DNA of 64,000 nucleotides from Macrostomum lignano (Eukaryota): assembly GCA_002269645.1 (NCBI GenBank), contig NIVC01000392.1, forward strand, positions 186,001 through 250,000, written 5' to 3'. Below the pieces are notes generated by a model. The model ran no database searches. It saw only the letters and a program-made list of their open reading frames with translations, and was not told the origin of the DNA. Positions 39,668 through 52,300 of the stretch are shown here, piece by piece (position 1 is the first letter of the stretch; every line of letters starts with the position of its first letter). A program made the translations under genes and the position numbers.

Positions 39668-40855
39668 AGATCAGCCATCGTGCTTCAGCATGGACAAGAT
39701 GAAGCTCTACTTAAAAATTGACACCTTCGCGATGCTATTCGTCACCTTCTCGAGCTATTTCAACTTGATGGCGTTGGAAGCTGTGCTGCCGCCAGCCGCG
39801 AACCGCTACTTCGGGTGGGACGAGTTTAACACTAGCTTGGTGAGCGACTCAGGTGAAAGGCAGGAGGCAGTGTACCTGGTGCTGGCGCCCTTGGTGCTGG
39901 CGCCCTTGGTGCTGGCGCCCTTGGTGCTGGCGCCCTTGGTGCTGGCGCCCTTGGTGCTGGCGCCCTTGGTGCTGGCGCCCTTGGTGCTGGCGCCCTTGGT
40001 GCTGGCGCCCTTGGTGCTAAAGCCCCTGGTGCTAAAGCCCCTGGTGCTAAAGCCCCTAGTGCTAAAGCCTTGGTGCTAAAGCCCCTGGTGCTAAAGCCCC
40101 TAGTGCTAAAGCCTTGGTGCTAAAGCCCCTGGTGCTAAAGCCCCTAGTGCTAAAGCCTTGGTGCTAAAGCCCCTGGTGCTAAAGCCCCTAGTGCTAAAGC
40201 CTTGGTGCTAAAGCCCCTGGTGCTAAAGCCCCTGGTGCTAAAGCCCCTGGTGCTAAAGCCCCAAGCTTACTTTCTCAACCAAACCATGCAGGTGTACCTG
40301 GGCGCTGGAATCCTAGTGATCTTCGTCTACCTGGTCGTGAAATTCTTATCGGCCAAATTCGAAGACCGACTGCTTCTGCTGACCGGCATTTGCATCCTCA
40401 TCGGCGCGTACTTCTGGAACTTTATGGCTCTGATTTTTGTAGAACGAGCCAAGCCAACTCTGTACATCACCTTGGTGCTGCTGGGCATCACCGGTCACGT
40501 GATTGGCATGCCGTTCACCTTCGCCCTGCCGGAGAGTCTGTACACAAAAAGTGTACCAGTGGGCGAAATGGACATCGCCCAGGGCGTGTTTCGCAGCGTC
40601 ATCGCACTGTCAATTCTAGTCGGACCGCTGATTGGCGGCTTACTGCAGTTCGTGCCGTGGTTGGTATTTCTCAGCATGCTGGTGCTCAGCGTGTTCTCAC
40701 TGCTGCTCACCCTGCGAGCCTATCGCAGTCTGGACTATCCAGGTGAGGCGACGGAGGACGAACCTCAGGACAATGCCGAGCTGCCCACAGGGAACAATAA
40801 TGGATCGACAGGCGGTCAAGAGGAGCGGAATGCAACTCAGGAGTCGACGAGTTAG
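35518..40855 (+). CDS. Major facilitator superfamily transporter, MFSD8/CLN7-like, 534 aa
   Basis: Exons 35518-36076, 39358-39839 and 40292-40855 (1605 nt, phases 1/0). Multiple TM segments, GRFVAGVGAG, junction G|PALTLL, N-SPG motif, polyQ in the central loop. Confidence 0.88.
36195..36642. repeat. 32-bp minisatellite in MFS intron 1
   Basis: (CTGACAACCTGACATAAAGTTTAGCGACTCTT)n, ~13 copies. Confidence 0.95.
36900..37400 (-). mobile_element. Non-LTR retrotransposon 3' fragment (C-terminal CCHC zinc knuckle) in MFS intron 1
   Basis: HGNL*GKIRSEECPVCLSGVENAEHFICECPAFTQDRLTYLG, typical of the LINE ORF2 C-terminus. Confidence 0.75.
38256..38546 (-). pseudogene. Possible second degenerate LINE C-terminal fragment
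   Basis: GISPDCSVAKLTQADREHILWAEC loosely resembles a SPxC..EHILxxC knuckle. Confidence 0.3.
38925..39250. repeat. Imperfect TACATCCTCATC repeat with an inverted central block
   Basis: Forward units flank GATGAGGATGTAGATG units (~39035-39110). Confidence 0.8.
39875..40262. repeat. 15-bp minisatellite in MFS intron 2 (two variant blocks)
   Basis: (GGTGCTGGCGCCCTT)n followed by (GGTGCTAAAGCCCCT)n. Confidence 0.95.
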
Positions 40856-41135
40856 CATCGGCTCTAATCATCACTGACAGTAAGGGATATACATGTGTAC
40901 ATCCGATAAAGTACTTCTAAGTTGTACATGCATGCGTGACGTGTACTCATAGTTATACCTAACCTAATGTACATAACTTCTGTATAGGGTTAAGCAGCTA
41001 GTGGCGTATGGGTACTCAGAAATTTTAAATGGATTGGGTGCAACCCTATATATACATGTATATGCGGCGCCAATGTTTGGTGACTTTGCTTGGCGTCCGT
41101 GTCTCCTAGGTGGTTGCGCCCCTGTGACTTGGTGC

Positions 41136-42095
41136 ATGGGCGCCCCTGTCTCCTAGTGGGCGGCCCCTGTCTTTGGTTGGGCGCCCCTGTCTCTTGGTGG
41201 GCGCCCCTGTCTCTTGGTGGGCACCCCTGTCTCTTGGTGGGCGCCCCTGTCTCCTGGTAGGCGCCCCTGTCTCTTGGTTGGGCGCCCCTGTCTCTTGGTT
41301 GGGCGCCCCTGTCTCTTGGTTGGGCGCCCCTGTCTCTTGGTTGGGCGCCCCTGTCTCTTGGTTGGGCGCCCCTGTCTCTTGGTTGGGCGCCCCTGTCTCT
41401 TGGTTGGGCGCCCCTGTCTCTTGGTTGGGCGCCCCTGTCTCTTGGTTGGGCGCCCCTGTCTCTTGTTTGGCACCCCTGTCTCTTAGTGGGCGACCCTGTC
41501 TCTTGGTGGGCGCCCCTGTCTCTTGGTGGGCGCCCCTGTCTCTTGGTGGGCACCCCTGTCTCTTGGTGGGCGCCCCTGTCTCTTGGTTGGGCGCCCCTGT
41601 CTCTTGGTTGGGCGCCCCTGTCTCTTGGTTGGGCGCCCCTGTCTCTTGGTTGGGCGCCCCTGTCTCTTGGTTGGGCGCCCCTGTCTCTTGGTTGGGCGCC
41701 CCTGTCTCTTGGTTGGGCGCCCCTGTCTCTTGGTGGGCGCCCCTGTCTCTTGTTTGGCACCCCTGTCTCTTAGTGGGCGACCCTGTCTCTTGGTGGGCGC
41801 CCCTGTCTCTTGGTGGGCGCCCCTGTCTCCTGGTAGGCGCCCCTGTCTCTTGGTTGGGCGCCCCTGTCTCTTGGTTGGGCGCCCCTGTCTCTTGGTTGGG
41901 CGCCCCTGTGACTTGGTGTATGGGCGCCCCTGTCTCTTGGTTGGGCGCCCCTGTCTCTTGTTTGGCACCCCTGTCTCCTGGTAGGCGCCCCTGTCTCTTG
42001 GTTGGGCGCCCCTGTCTCCTGGTAGGCGCCCCTGTCTCTTGGTTGGGCGCCCCTGTCTCTTGGTTGGGCGCCCCTGTCTCTTGGTTGGGCGCCCC
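41136..42095. repeat. 20/21-bp GC-rich satellite (GGGCGCCCCTGTCTCTTGGTT)n
   Basis: ~45 copies with an internal higher-order duplication. Confidence 0.95.
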
Positions 42096-42630
42096 AGCGA
42101 GCTGTCTCCTAGGCCGGTGGATGCCATATGTAAGATTAGTTAGCTAGCAGTCTCGATCGCTCCTGCCATTGTCGAGCTTTTGTTTGCCCCTTTCATTTAT
42201 AGTTTTGGAGGGCCATCTTAGAGGTGATTGGGGGGGGGGGTAGTTACCCGGGGCTTTTCCGCGTATGCCATTGATTTAAAGCCAGTACACAGCTGTACAT
42301 GAGAATCCAAATGCTATATATATTTCCACTGCATTGAAAAAATCATTTCAGATGCAGACATGCAGCTTTAACTGATATTGACAACTTTGGACTTGCATCA
42401 AATTTAATTAATTGCGTCATTTTCTGGTCAACTGATTCGGCATAAGAGACATGGCTGTTTAAATAAAGCATGCACAAATTTGCTCATCAATTTCATATTC
42501 AACAGCATACCTGTAGCTACTTCAAATTCGGGGTGTCAGTGGAGTCGTGCAGGTCCCAAAATATATTATTTTTCGTTGGTTATTAAATCGTACACATAAT
42601 TATTTTTTCGCACACAGCATCTCTTATACG

Positions 42631-44824
42631 CAGGGGCTCCGCAAAAGCCATGGGAGAACATGCCAATGATTTGTCCCCCGCCCCAAATTGTGACCGCGTT
42701 TATGGAAATTAAGAATTTTGCTTCAATACGCCGAATTGAGTGCCTGACTGCCTGTGGCCCAAAAATGATTGTGTCTGCGGCGCCAATATGAGCGCCTGTC
42801 TGCGGCGCCAAAATGAGTGCCTGCGGCGCCAAAATGATTGTGTCTGCGGCGCCAAAATGAGTGCTTGCGGTGCCAAAATGATTGTGGTCTGCGGTGCCAA
42901 AATGATTGTGGTCTGCGGTGCCAAAATGATTGTGGTCTGCGGTGCCAAAATGATTGTGGTCTGCGGCGCCAAAATGATTGTGTCTGCGGCGCCAAAATGA
43001 GTGCTTGCGGTGCCAAAATGATTGTGGTCTGCGGTGCCAAAATGATTGTGGTCTGCGGTGCCAAAATGATTGTGGTCTGCGGTGCCAAAATGATTGTGGT
43101 CTGCGGCGCCAAAATGATTGTGTCTGCGGCGCCAAAATGATTGCTTCCGGTGCCAAAATGATTGTGGTCTGCGGTGCCAAAATGATTGTGGTCTGCGGTG
43201 CCAAAATGATTGTGGTCTGCGGTGCCAAAATGATTGTGGTCTGCGGCGCCAAAATGATTGTGTCTGCGGCGCCAATAGAAGTGTCTCTCTGCCAAAATGA
43301 AGTGCTGCGGCGCCAAAATGATTGTGTCTGCGGCGCCAAAATGATTGTGCTGCGGTGCCAAAATGAGTGCTTGCGGTGCCAAAATGAGTGCTTGCGGCGC
43401 CAAAATGAGTGCTTGCGGTGCCAAAATGATTGTGGTCTGCGGTGCCAAAATGATTGTGGTCTGCGGTGCCAAAATGATTGTGGTCTGCGGTGCCAAAATG
43501 ATTGTGGTCTGCGGTGCCAAAATGATTGTGTCTGCGGCGCCAAAATGAGTGCTTGCGGTGCCAATGTGTCTGCAAAATGAGTGCTGCGGCCAAAATGATT
43601 GTGGTCTGCGGTGCCAAAATGATTGTGGTCTGCGGTGCCAAATGATGTCTGGTCTGCTCCCAAAATGAGTGCCTGCGGCGCCAAAATGAGTGTCTGCGGC
43701 GCCAATATGAGTGCCTGCGGCGCCAAAATGAGTGCCTGCGGCGCCAAAATGAGTGCTGCGGCGCCAAAATGAGTGCTGGCGCCAAAATGAGTGTCTGCGG
43801 CGCCAAAATGATTGTGTCTGCGGCGCCAATATGAGTGAAAATGAGTGCTTGCGGCGCCAAAATGAGTGCCTACGGCGCCAAAATGAGTGCCTGCGGCGCC
43901 AAAATGATGTGCGGTCTGCGGCGCCAAAATGATTGTGTCTGCGGCGCCAAAATGAGTGTGCGGTCTGCCGCCAAAATGAAAAAATGAGTGTGGTCTGCGG
44001 CGCCAAAATGATTGTGGTCCTGCGGTGCCAAAATGAGTGCTGCGGCGCCAAAATGATTGTGTCTGCGGCGCCAATGTGCTCTCTGCTCCATCAAAATGAG
44101 TGCCTGCGGCGCCAAAATGATTGTGTCTGCGGCGCCAAAATGAGTGCCTGCGGCGCCAATATGAGTGTCTGTCGCTCCATCAAATGAGTGCCTGCGGCGC
44201 CAATATGAGTGCCTGCGGCGCCAATATGAGTGCCTGCGGCGCCAAAATGAGTGCCTACGGCGCCAAAATGAGTGCCTGCGGCGCCAAAATGAGTGCCTAC
44301 GGCGCCAAAATGATTGTGTCTGCGGCGCCAAAATGATTGTGTCTGCGGCGCCAATATGAGTGTCTCTCTGCTCCATCAAAATGAGTGCTTGCGGCGCCAA
44401 AATTAGCGCCTACCTGCGCGCCAAAATGAGTGCCAGCAGGTCTGTGGCGCTAAAATGAGTGCCTGCAGGTCTGCGGCGCCAAAATGAGTGCCTGCAGGTC
44501 TGCGGCTCCAAAATGAGTGCCTGCAGGTTTGCGGCGCCAAAATGAGTGCCTGCAGGTCTGCGGCGCCAAAATGAGTGCCTGCGGCGCCAAAATGAGTGCC
44601 TGCAGGTCTGTGGCGCCAAAATGAGTGCCTGCAGGTCTGCGGCGCCAAAATGAGTGCCTGCGGCGCCAAAATGAGTGCCTGCAGGTCTGTGGCGCTAAAA
44701 TGAGTGCCTGCAGGTCTGTGGCGCCAAAATGAGCGCGAACAACACCGATTCCCAAAAAATATTTGTAGCAATTTAGTGATGTCTTTGGCGTTGTCCCCAT
44801 CATAAAATCCAAGGCGACGCCCCG
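42631..44824 (-). mobile_element. TIR element carrying an expanded ~2-kb GCGGCGCCAAAATGAGTG satellite (42760-44735)
   Basis: Both non-repetitive flanks are homologous (reverse complement) to the flanks of 57437-57892. Ends CAGGGGCTCCGC (42631) and GGCGACGCCCCG (44813-44824); left boundary uncertain, no TSD seen. Confidence 0.65.
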
Positions 44825-45789
44825 AGTCGTAATGTCATGTGCCATTTAATTTTTCTAGCGAAGAACAAATGATTAATTTTGTTATAACAAGAGCATATCT
44901 GTATACCAATGTCTGTATTCTGCGTGTTGTGATTTGCCCGAAATTCCGTTGGAGCCCTTGATGTTATTCTCTGCTAGATACTTTAACTTTTGTTCAGTGA
45001 ATATTTTGGTGAGGTCCTTCACTTTTAAAACTATATATAGTCTCTACTTTCACATCAAATGTCCTTTGCACTTGAAATACCAGCAAGTAAAAAAACAAAT
45101 CGCTGTTTTAAACAAAGCTGTCTAATTATCTGAAATATATATAATCACATGGATCAGGAGTTATATTGGATCAACAGAAAGCATCCAAAAGTCAAAAGGA
45201 TCCGTTCGTTTAAAACAAAGCAAAAATAGAGCAACACTGCATACCGCTTCATCGCTTCTACTGATAGTAGTGTAATCGCATTTAAATAAAACAAAAAAGA
45301 AATAATTACAAAGCGAATTGGAAAGAAACAGAATAAATAGTTGAAAGTTGAATAAGGAAGGTTAGTGAGATTTTCCAAACTGAAAATAATGTACAACTGT
45401 GTGATCTACTGAGCGAAGTCAATGCAAATAACAGAGCTGGTTTAGATGCATGAAAAATAGTCTGATTAATTCAATAATAATAAGTTTGCCAAGTCTGACG
45501 TCACAAATCAGGCAAGCTGTTATGGTTAGTATATTTTCATATAATTTACGAATCTATTGTACTTTGGCTAGGATTGATAAGCTAGTAGTGTATGAAGAAA
45601 ACATTCTTGAATAAGAAGTGTTCAACAATTATGGTTTATTCATGAAGGTTTTGAAACAACAATAAGGTTACTTCGATGTGGTATCGTAATTTTTGCAGTA
45701 AAATAACCCGCAATTCCATTTTTGGTTGCATAAAATTTATTCGAACATGCGGTAGAATTATTTTATTCCCACTTTTGGTTACTTTTATA

Positions 45790-46260
45790 GGTTCCCATCC
45801 CACTTCCGGTTCCTGTTGCTACAGTGGGGTTTCCACTTCTAGTTACTTCAAATGGGTTCCCACTTCTAGTTGCTTAATGGGTCCGCACTTCCGGTTGCTC
45901 CGAATGAGTTCCCACTTCCGGTTGCTTCAATGGGTTTCCACTTCCGGTTGCTTTAAATTGGTTTCAACTTCCGGTTGCTTCAATTGGTTCCCACTTTCGG
46001 TTGCTTCAATGGGTTCCCACTTCCGGTTGCTTCAATGGGTTCACATTTCCGATTGCTTCAAATGGGTTCCCACTTGACTTCCTATTGCTTTAAATGGGTT
46101 CCCACTTCCGGTTGCTTCAAGTGGATCCCCACTTTCGCTTGCTTTAAATGAGTTTCCATTTCCGGTTGCTTCAATGGGTCCCCACTTCCGGTTGCTTCAA
46201 ATGGGTTTCTACTTCCGGTTGCTTCAAATTGGATTCCACTTCCGGTTGCTTCAATACGGT
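45790..46260. repeat. ~26-27-bp imperfect minisatellite (CCCACTTCCGGTTGCTTCAAATGGGTT)n
   Basis: Directly visible. Confidence 0.9.
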
Positions 46261-46377
46261 CGGTAACTACTACAAACGGCTACAGATTATTGATGACAAA
46301 TTAAAACAAAAAACTTGCAGGAATGCGGCGCCAAAGTGAAAAGAAACGTGAATCGAGAATCAACATCAATCTGGTAG

Positions 46378-49300
46378 TTACTTTCCCACAGCAGCATGCT
46401 CGGGAAACAGATTCCCGGAAGCGTCATCATAGGCTTCAGCCAGAAGCAGCTGACTTCGCTGTAGCCATCGCCTTCGTTGAATTCTTCGTCTCATCCCGAA
46501 AATTGCCAATCCCAAAAGCAGACAGGCAGCAACAGAACAGCCAGCCGCTAACAGACCAATTCCAGTGGAACTGATGAAGCCAGGAGAGTCGGGTAGACAC
46601 AAGACCGGAGTCATCGGCAGTGACTGAACAGGCAGATTCACGAGGGACGGGGCTGAGAACCAACTCGAAACCACCAGCTGTTCGGCGTTATCTCCGCGAT
46701 TCATTAATCGTAGAAGGACCCGGGTTCGAATCTCGTAAATAGGATAACCTGACGAGCAGAATGGCAGGCAGGGATAAGCCTCAATGCTGAAATGCTCAGT
46801 GCTCAGATTTGAATTGTTGTACTGGTACCAGAGCTGGCCGACTGACAGATCAATTGCCGATCCGTTTGCCGAGTCCCATGCCCGCTTGCCGAACACCTCG
46901 TACTGGAGGGGAGCAGGGGATGAAAGGAGTCAGTGCAGGGCGTGAAGGAGATGCAGGGAGCTATCAAACGGAGATGCAGGGAGCTATCAAATGGAGATGC
47001 AGGAAGCTATCAAACGGAGATGCAGGGAGCTATCAAACGGAGATGCAGGGAGCTATCAAAAGGAGATGCAGGGAGCTATCAAACGGAGATGCAGGGAGCT
47101 ATCAAACGGAGAGGCAGGGAGCTATCAAACGGAGATGCAGGGAGCTATCAAACGGAGATGCAGGGAGCTATTAAACGGAGATGCAGGGAGATATCAAATG
47201 GAGATGCAGGGAGCTATCAAACGGAGATGCAGGGAGATATCAAATGGAGATGCAAGGAGCTATCAAACGGAGATGCAGGGAGCTATCAAATGGGATGCAG
47301 GGAGCCATCAAAGGGAGACTCAAGGAGTCATCAAGATGAGATGCAGGGAGCTATCAAACGGAGATGCAGGGAGCTATTAAAGTGAGATGCAGGGAGCTAT
47401 CAAATGGAGATGCAGGGAGCTATCAAATGGAGATGCAGGGAGCTATCAAACGGATGCAGGGAGCCATCAAAGGGAGATGCAGGCAGCCACATCACAACCA
47501 ACCTGAACTGCAACCAACTGTCTCCCCAGGTCCTTGACACGCTTGAGCAGCCGCGGCACATCGCTGGACCATTGAACGGCAACGGCGAAAGGTCGGCAGC
47601 GCAAAGAATTTCCATCGCCCAGCGGACAGCCGGACTCTTCGACTGGCGCCAGATGAGCGGCAACCGCTCGCGTAGCAACGAAATTATCTGAGAGCATGAG
47701 CACGGGTGGGTTGAGGTTCGCAGACTGGAGATCCGGAGGATGGGATATTACTCACTAATCCCTCACTGGGGTATGGGATCTCACGCACTAATCCCTCACT
47801 GGGGTATGGGATCTCACTAACTAATCCCTCACTGGGGTATGGGATCTCACTCACTAATCCCTCACTGGGTATGGGATCTCACTCACTAATCCCTCACTGG
47901 GGTATGGGATCTCACTCACTAATCCCTCACTGGGTATGGGATCTCACTCACTAATCCCTCACTGGGGTATGGGATCTCACTCACTAATCCCTCACTGGGG
48001 TATGGGATCTCACTCACTAATCCCTCACTGGGGTATGGGATCTCACTCACTAATCCCTCACTGGGGTATGGGATCTCACTCACTAATCCCTCACTGGGGT
48101 ATGGGATCTCACTCACTAATCCCTCACTGGGGTATGGGATCTCACTCACTAATCCCTCACTGAGGTATGGGATATCACTCACTAATCCCTCACTTGGGTA
48201 TGGGATCTCAGTGCACGAAGCTACACATGATCTCTGAGGATCTGCCAACACTCAGAGAATATCTGATCAACCCCAGCTGATCACATTAAAATCCCCATTA
48301 AGCCAAGGAAACACAAAACAAAGCGCACCGGTTTTGAGCACAATTGGCACAGAGCTCTGACCGCCAACAGCATTGGTGAGAACCATGATTCTGTACAGCC
48401 TGCCCGATTCCAAATCTTCGATGAATTGAGCAATCACCGAGTCAGTAGTGTCATCAATATAGAACTCTTTGGTGTCCTCAGTGAACATATCCGTTACTTT
48501 CAGTACGTATGCCTGGAGAAAGTAATATGGGAATTAAGAATAATAACGGATAATTTAAAATAGAAGCTTGCTAATAAAACTTACCACAGGTTTCAACGCG
48601 ATAACACAGGGCGCGTTCCATGTTATTAGTGCCTGGGAGCTGTTGCCCTTGTACGGGTAAGTGTAGCGCACGTTACGCGGGGGAGATGTAGACCCTGTGC
48701 GCAATGAGAGCGTAATATTTTCAATATTTTTTTCAAGCAATTGAAAACAAGAGTGTATGTTCTGACTGACTATAGATGTAAATGTAGAAAGCAATTCTAA
48801 AGTAAGAGATTTGAAGGCCGATTTATTACTTTGTTTTGAAGGCCGATTCACTAATGAGATTTAAAGGTCGATTTGTTACTGAGATTTGAAGGCCGATTAA
48901 TTGTTTTGTTTTGAAAGCCGATTTATTTAAAAAGATTTTAGGACGATTTATTATTTAGATTTGAAGGCCGCTTTATTAAAGAAATTTGAAGGCCGATTTT
49001 TTAATGAAATTTGAAGGCCTATAACTGAGATTTTAAGGCGTATACTGAGATTTGAAGGCTTATTACTGAGATTTGAAGGCCGATTTATTACTGAGATTTG
49101 AAGACATGAAGCAGTTCGTCCTATTGAACTTATACTCACTTAGCCCCGTAGCCTGCAGATAAATAGGCGACGCTGGTCCCAATCCAGCGGGATCCGTGAC
49201 CTGCACCCGCATCGAGTACAGAGAACAGCCTTGCAGATGATCCAGCCGAATTCTGCAGCATTAAGAAATAAACGTTACATTTCTAACTTCTTGGGGTACA

Positions 49301-52300
49301 GTAGCTTGGGTAAATTTAAAAAAAATTAAACACGAACAAAAAAATTGTATTTCTACTTAAATTAGAGTAGTTTAAATAAATTTAAAAAAAACACGAACAA
49401 ATCCTTTTTTTACTTTAAGTAGTCGTTTGAATAAATTAGAAAAAAACGCGTTAAAACCTCGTATTTCTACTTTAAAGTAGAGTAGTTTGGATAAATTTGA
49501 AAAATAAAGCACGAAAAAACCCGGATTTCTACTTCAAGTAGTGCTTTGCACCGAATAAAAATAAATTGTGCCAAAAAAACTACTCACCGAGATGACAGCG
49601 ACTGCACAACAGAAGCATCGGTGGGCAGTTTATCCGAGCACATCACCCTGAACAGATTAGTGTCATAGTACAGGCTGACTAGCCAAGACTTTCCAGCTGG
49701 CCAGCGTGAATCTACTGGACCAACTCGCCAGGACACTGCAAGGTCAGTGCCATTGATCAGATTGGCGTCCACCAAATCCACTGGCGGAACTGGTGGTCCT
49801 GCCGTCTGCGCGACGCCATAACCTGACCGGGGTCCGCAGCCGCGGGTGTCGCAGGCGCGAACTGACACCTGCAGTTGGCACAGGTGCAGGTAATAAATCA
49901 TAGAAATTTTCAGTAGGCTAATGAAACTGAAATTGGGGATTATACAATCTGACTCTCCGGTGATAGATCCTTGTAGCTTGGCTTGGGATTTAGATTCTTA
50001 TATAGTTTGGGAGTTGGATCCCCTACAGATTGGGATTTAGATCCCTACAGATTGGGATTTAGATCCCTATAGTTTAGGATTTAGTACAATAAGTTTGCGA
50101 TTTAGTACTGTAGTTTGGGATTTAGTTCCTACTATAGTTTAGGATTTAGATCCCTACAGTTTAGGATTTAGATCCCCGATTCCCTACTATAGTTTGGGAA
50201 TTAGATCCCTGATATAGTTTGGGATTTAGATCCCTGCTATATAGATCCCTGTAGTTTATGATTTAGTTCCCTATATATAGTTTGGGATTTAGATCCCTAT
50301 ATATATAGTTTGGGATTTAGATCCCTATATATATAGTTTGGGATTTAGATCCCTATATATATAGTTTGGGATTTAGATCCCTATATATATAGTTTGGGAT
50401 TTAGATCCCTATATATATAGTTTGGGATTTAGATCCTAACTACTATAGTTTGGATTAGGATCCCCCATAGTTGTGATTTAGGTCCTTGTGGTTCGGGATT
50501 TAAATCCTAATAGATTTTATCCCCAAACAATAGTCCTTAGCCCCAGACAGCACCGCCACCTACCCAGTATTTCGTAGCCGGGTTGAGCAAATCGGCAGTC
50601 AGTTTAACCCGGGCAGTTCTCAAACCAGTCAGACTGGAGCCGCCCCTGCCGCACAGATGGGCCCAGTAGTCCACAGTGAAATTGTACACCTCCGGCGGGT
50701 AGGCGCGACGCCAGGAGTCCGGCACGCGCCAGGCCACCTCCAAGCCTCCATCATCGGTGGCATTCACACCGGAGAACATGTCCAACTCCACAGAGAACTC
50801 CGGAGCTGATGAAGAGCTCATGACAGGTGCAACAACTGAGTTGGAAGAATTTTGTCCAACCCAGAATTGACAACTGCTCGTGTTGTCAATCTGGGCTGTC
50901 AGGTTAACCGTGGCATCCAGCAGATAGCGTGAAGCTGCATCTTGAGTGTTTAAAAGTCATTAAAGGTTAGTGTTAGCTGTCCCTGCATTTTGGGATTACA
51001 ATAATCCCCTGGATTAAGGAGCTGCAGTTCCTCCCCATTTGGGATTACAATAATCCCCTGGATAAGGAGGTGCAGTTCCTCCCCATTTGGGATTACAATA
51101 ATCCCCTGGATTAAGGAGCTGCAGTTCCTCCCCATTTGGGATTACAATAATCCCCTGGAAAAGGAGGTGCAGTTCCTCCCCATTTGAGATTACAATAATC
51201 CCCTGGATTAAGGAGCTGCAGTTCCTCCCCATTTGGGATTACAATAATCCCTGGATTAAGGAGCTGCAGTTCCTCCCCATTTGGGATTACAATAATCCCC
51301 TGGATAAGGAGGTGCAGTTCCTCCCCATTTGGGATTACAATAATCCCCTGGATAAGGAGGTGCAGTTCCTCCCCATTTGGGATTACAATAATCCCCTGGA
51401 TTAAGGAGCTGCAGTTCCTCCCCATTTGGGATTACAATAATCCCCTGGATAAGGAGGTGCAGTTCCTCCCCATTTGGGATTACAATAATCCCCTGGATAA
51501 GGAGCTGCAGTTCCTCCCCATTTGGGATTACAATAATCCCCTGGATAAGGAGGTGCAGTTCCTCCCCATTTGGGATTACAATAATCCCCTGGATTAAGGA
51601 GCTGCAGTTCCTCCCCATTTGGGATTACAATAATCCCCTGGATAAGGAGGTGCAGTTCCTCCCCATTTGGGATTACAATAATCCCCTGGATTAAGGAGCT
51701 GCAGTTCCTCCCCATTTGGGATTACAATAATCCCCTGGATTAAGGAGCTGCAGTTCCTCCCCATTTGGGATTACAATAATCCCCTGGATAAGGAGGTGCA
51801 GTTCCTCCCCATTTGGGATTACAATAATCCCCTGGATAAGGAGGTGCAGTTCCTCCCCATTTGGGATTACAATAATCCCCTGGATTAAGGAGCTGCAGTT
51901 CCTCCCCATTTGGGATTACAATAATCCCCTGGATAAGGAGGTGCAGTTCCTCCCCATTTGGGATTACAATAATCCCCTGGATAAGGAGGTGCAGTTCCTC
52001 CCCATTTGGGATTACAATAATCCCCTGGATAAGGAGGTGCAGTTCCTCCCCATTTGGGATTACAATAATCCCCTGGATTAAGGAGCTGCAGTTCCTCCCC
52101 ATTTGGGATTACAATAATCCCCTGGATAAGGAGGTGCAGTTCCTCCCCATTTGGGATTACAATAATCCCCTGGATTAAGGAGCTGCAGTTCCTCCCCATT
52201 TGGGATTACAATAATCCCCTGGATTAAGGAGCTGCAGTTCCTCCCCATTTGGGATTACAATAATCCCCTGGATAAGGAGGTGCAGTTCCTCCCCATTTGG

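Noticed and set aside
42100-46370. Kinase or phosphatase exons continuing the receptor gene
   Set aside because: No catalytic motifs found in minus-strand frames; the region is satellite, TIR element and AT-rich DNA.
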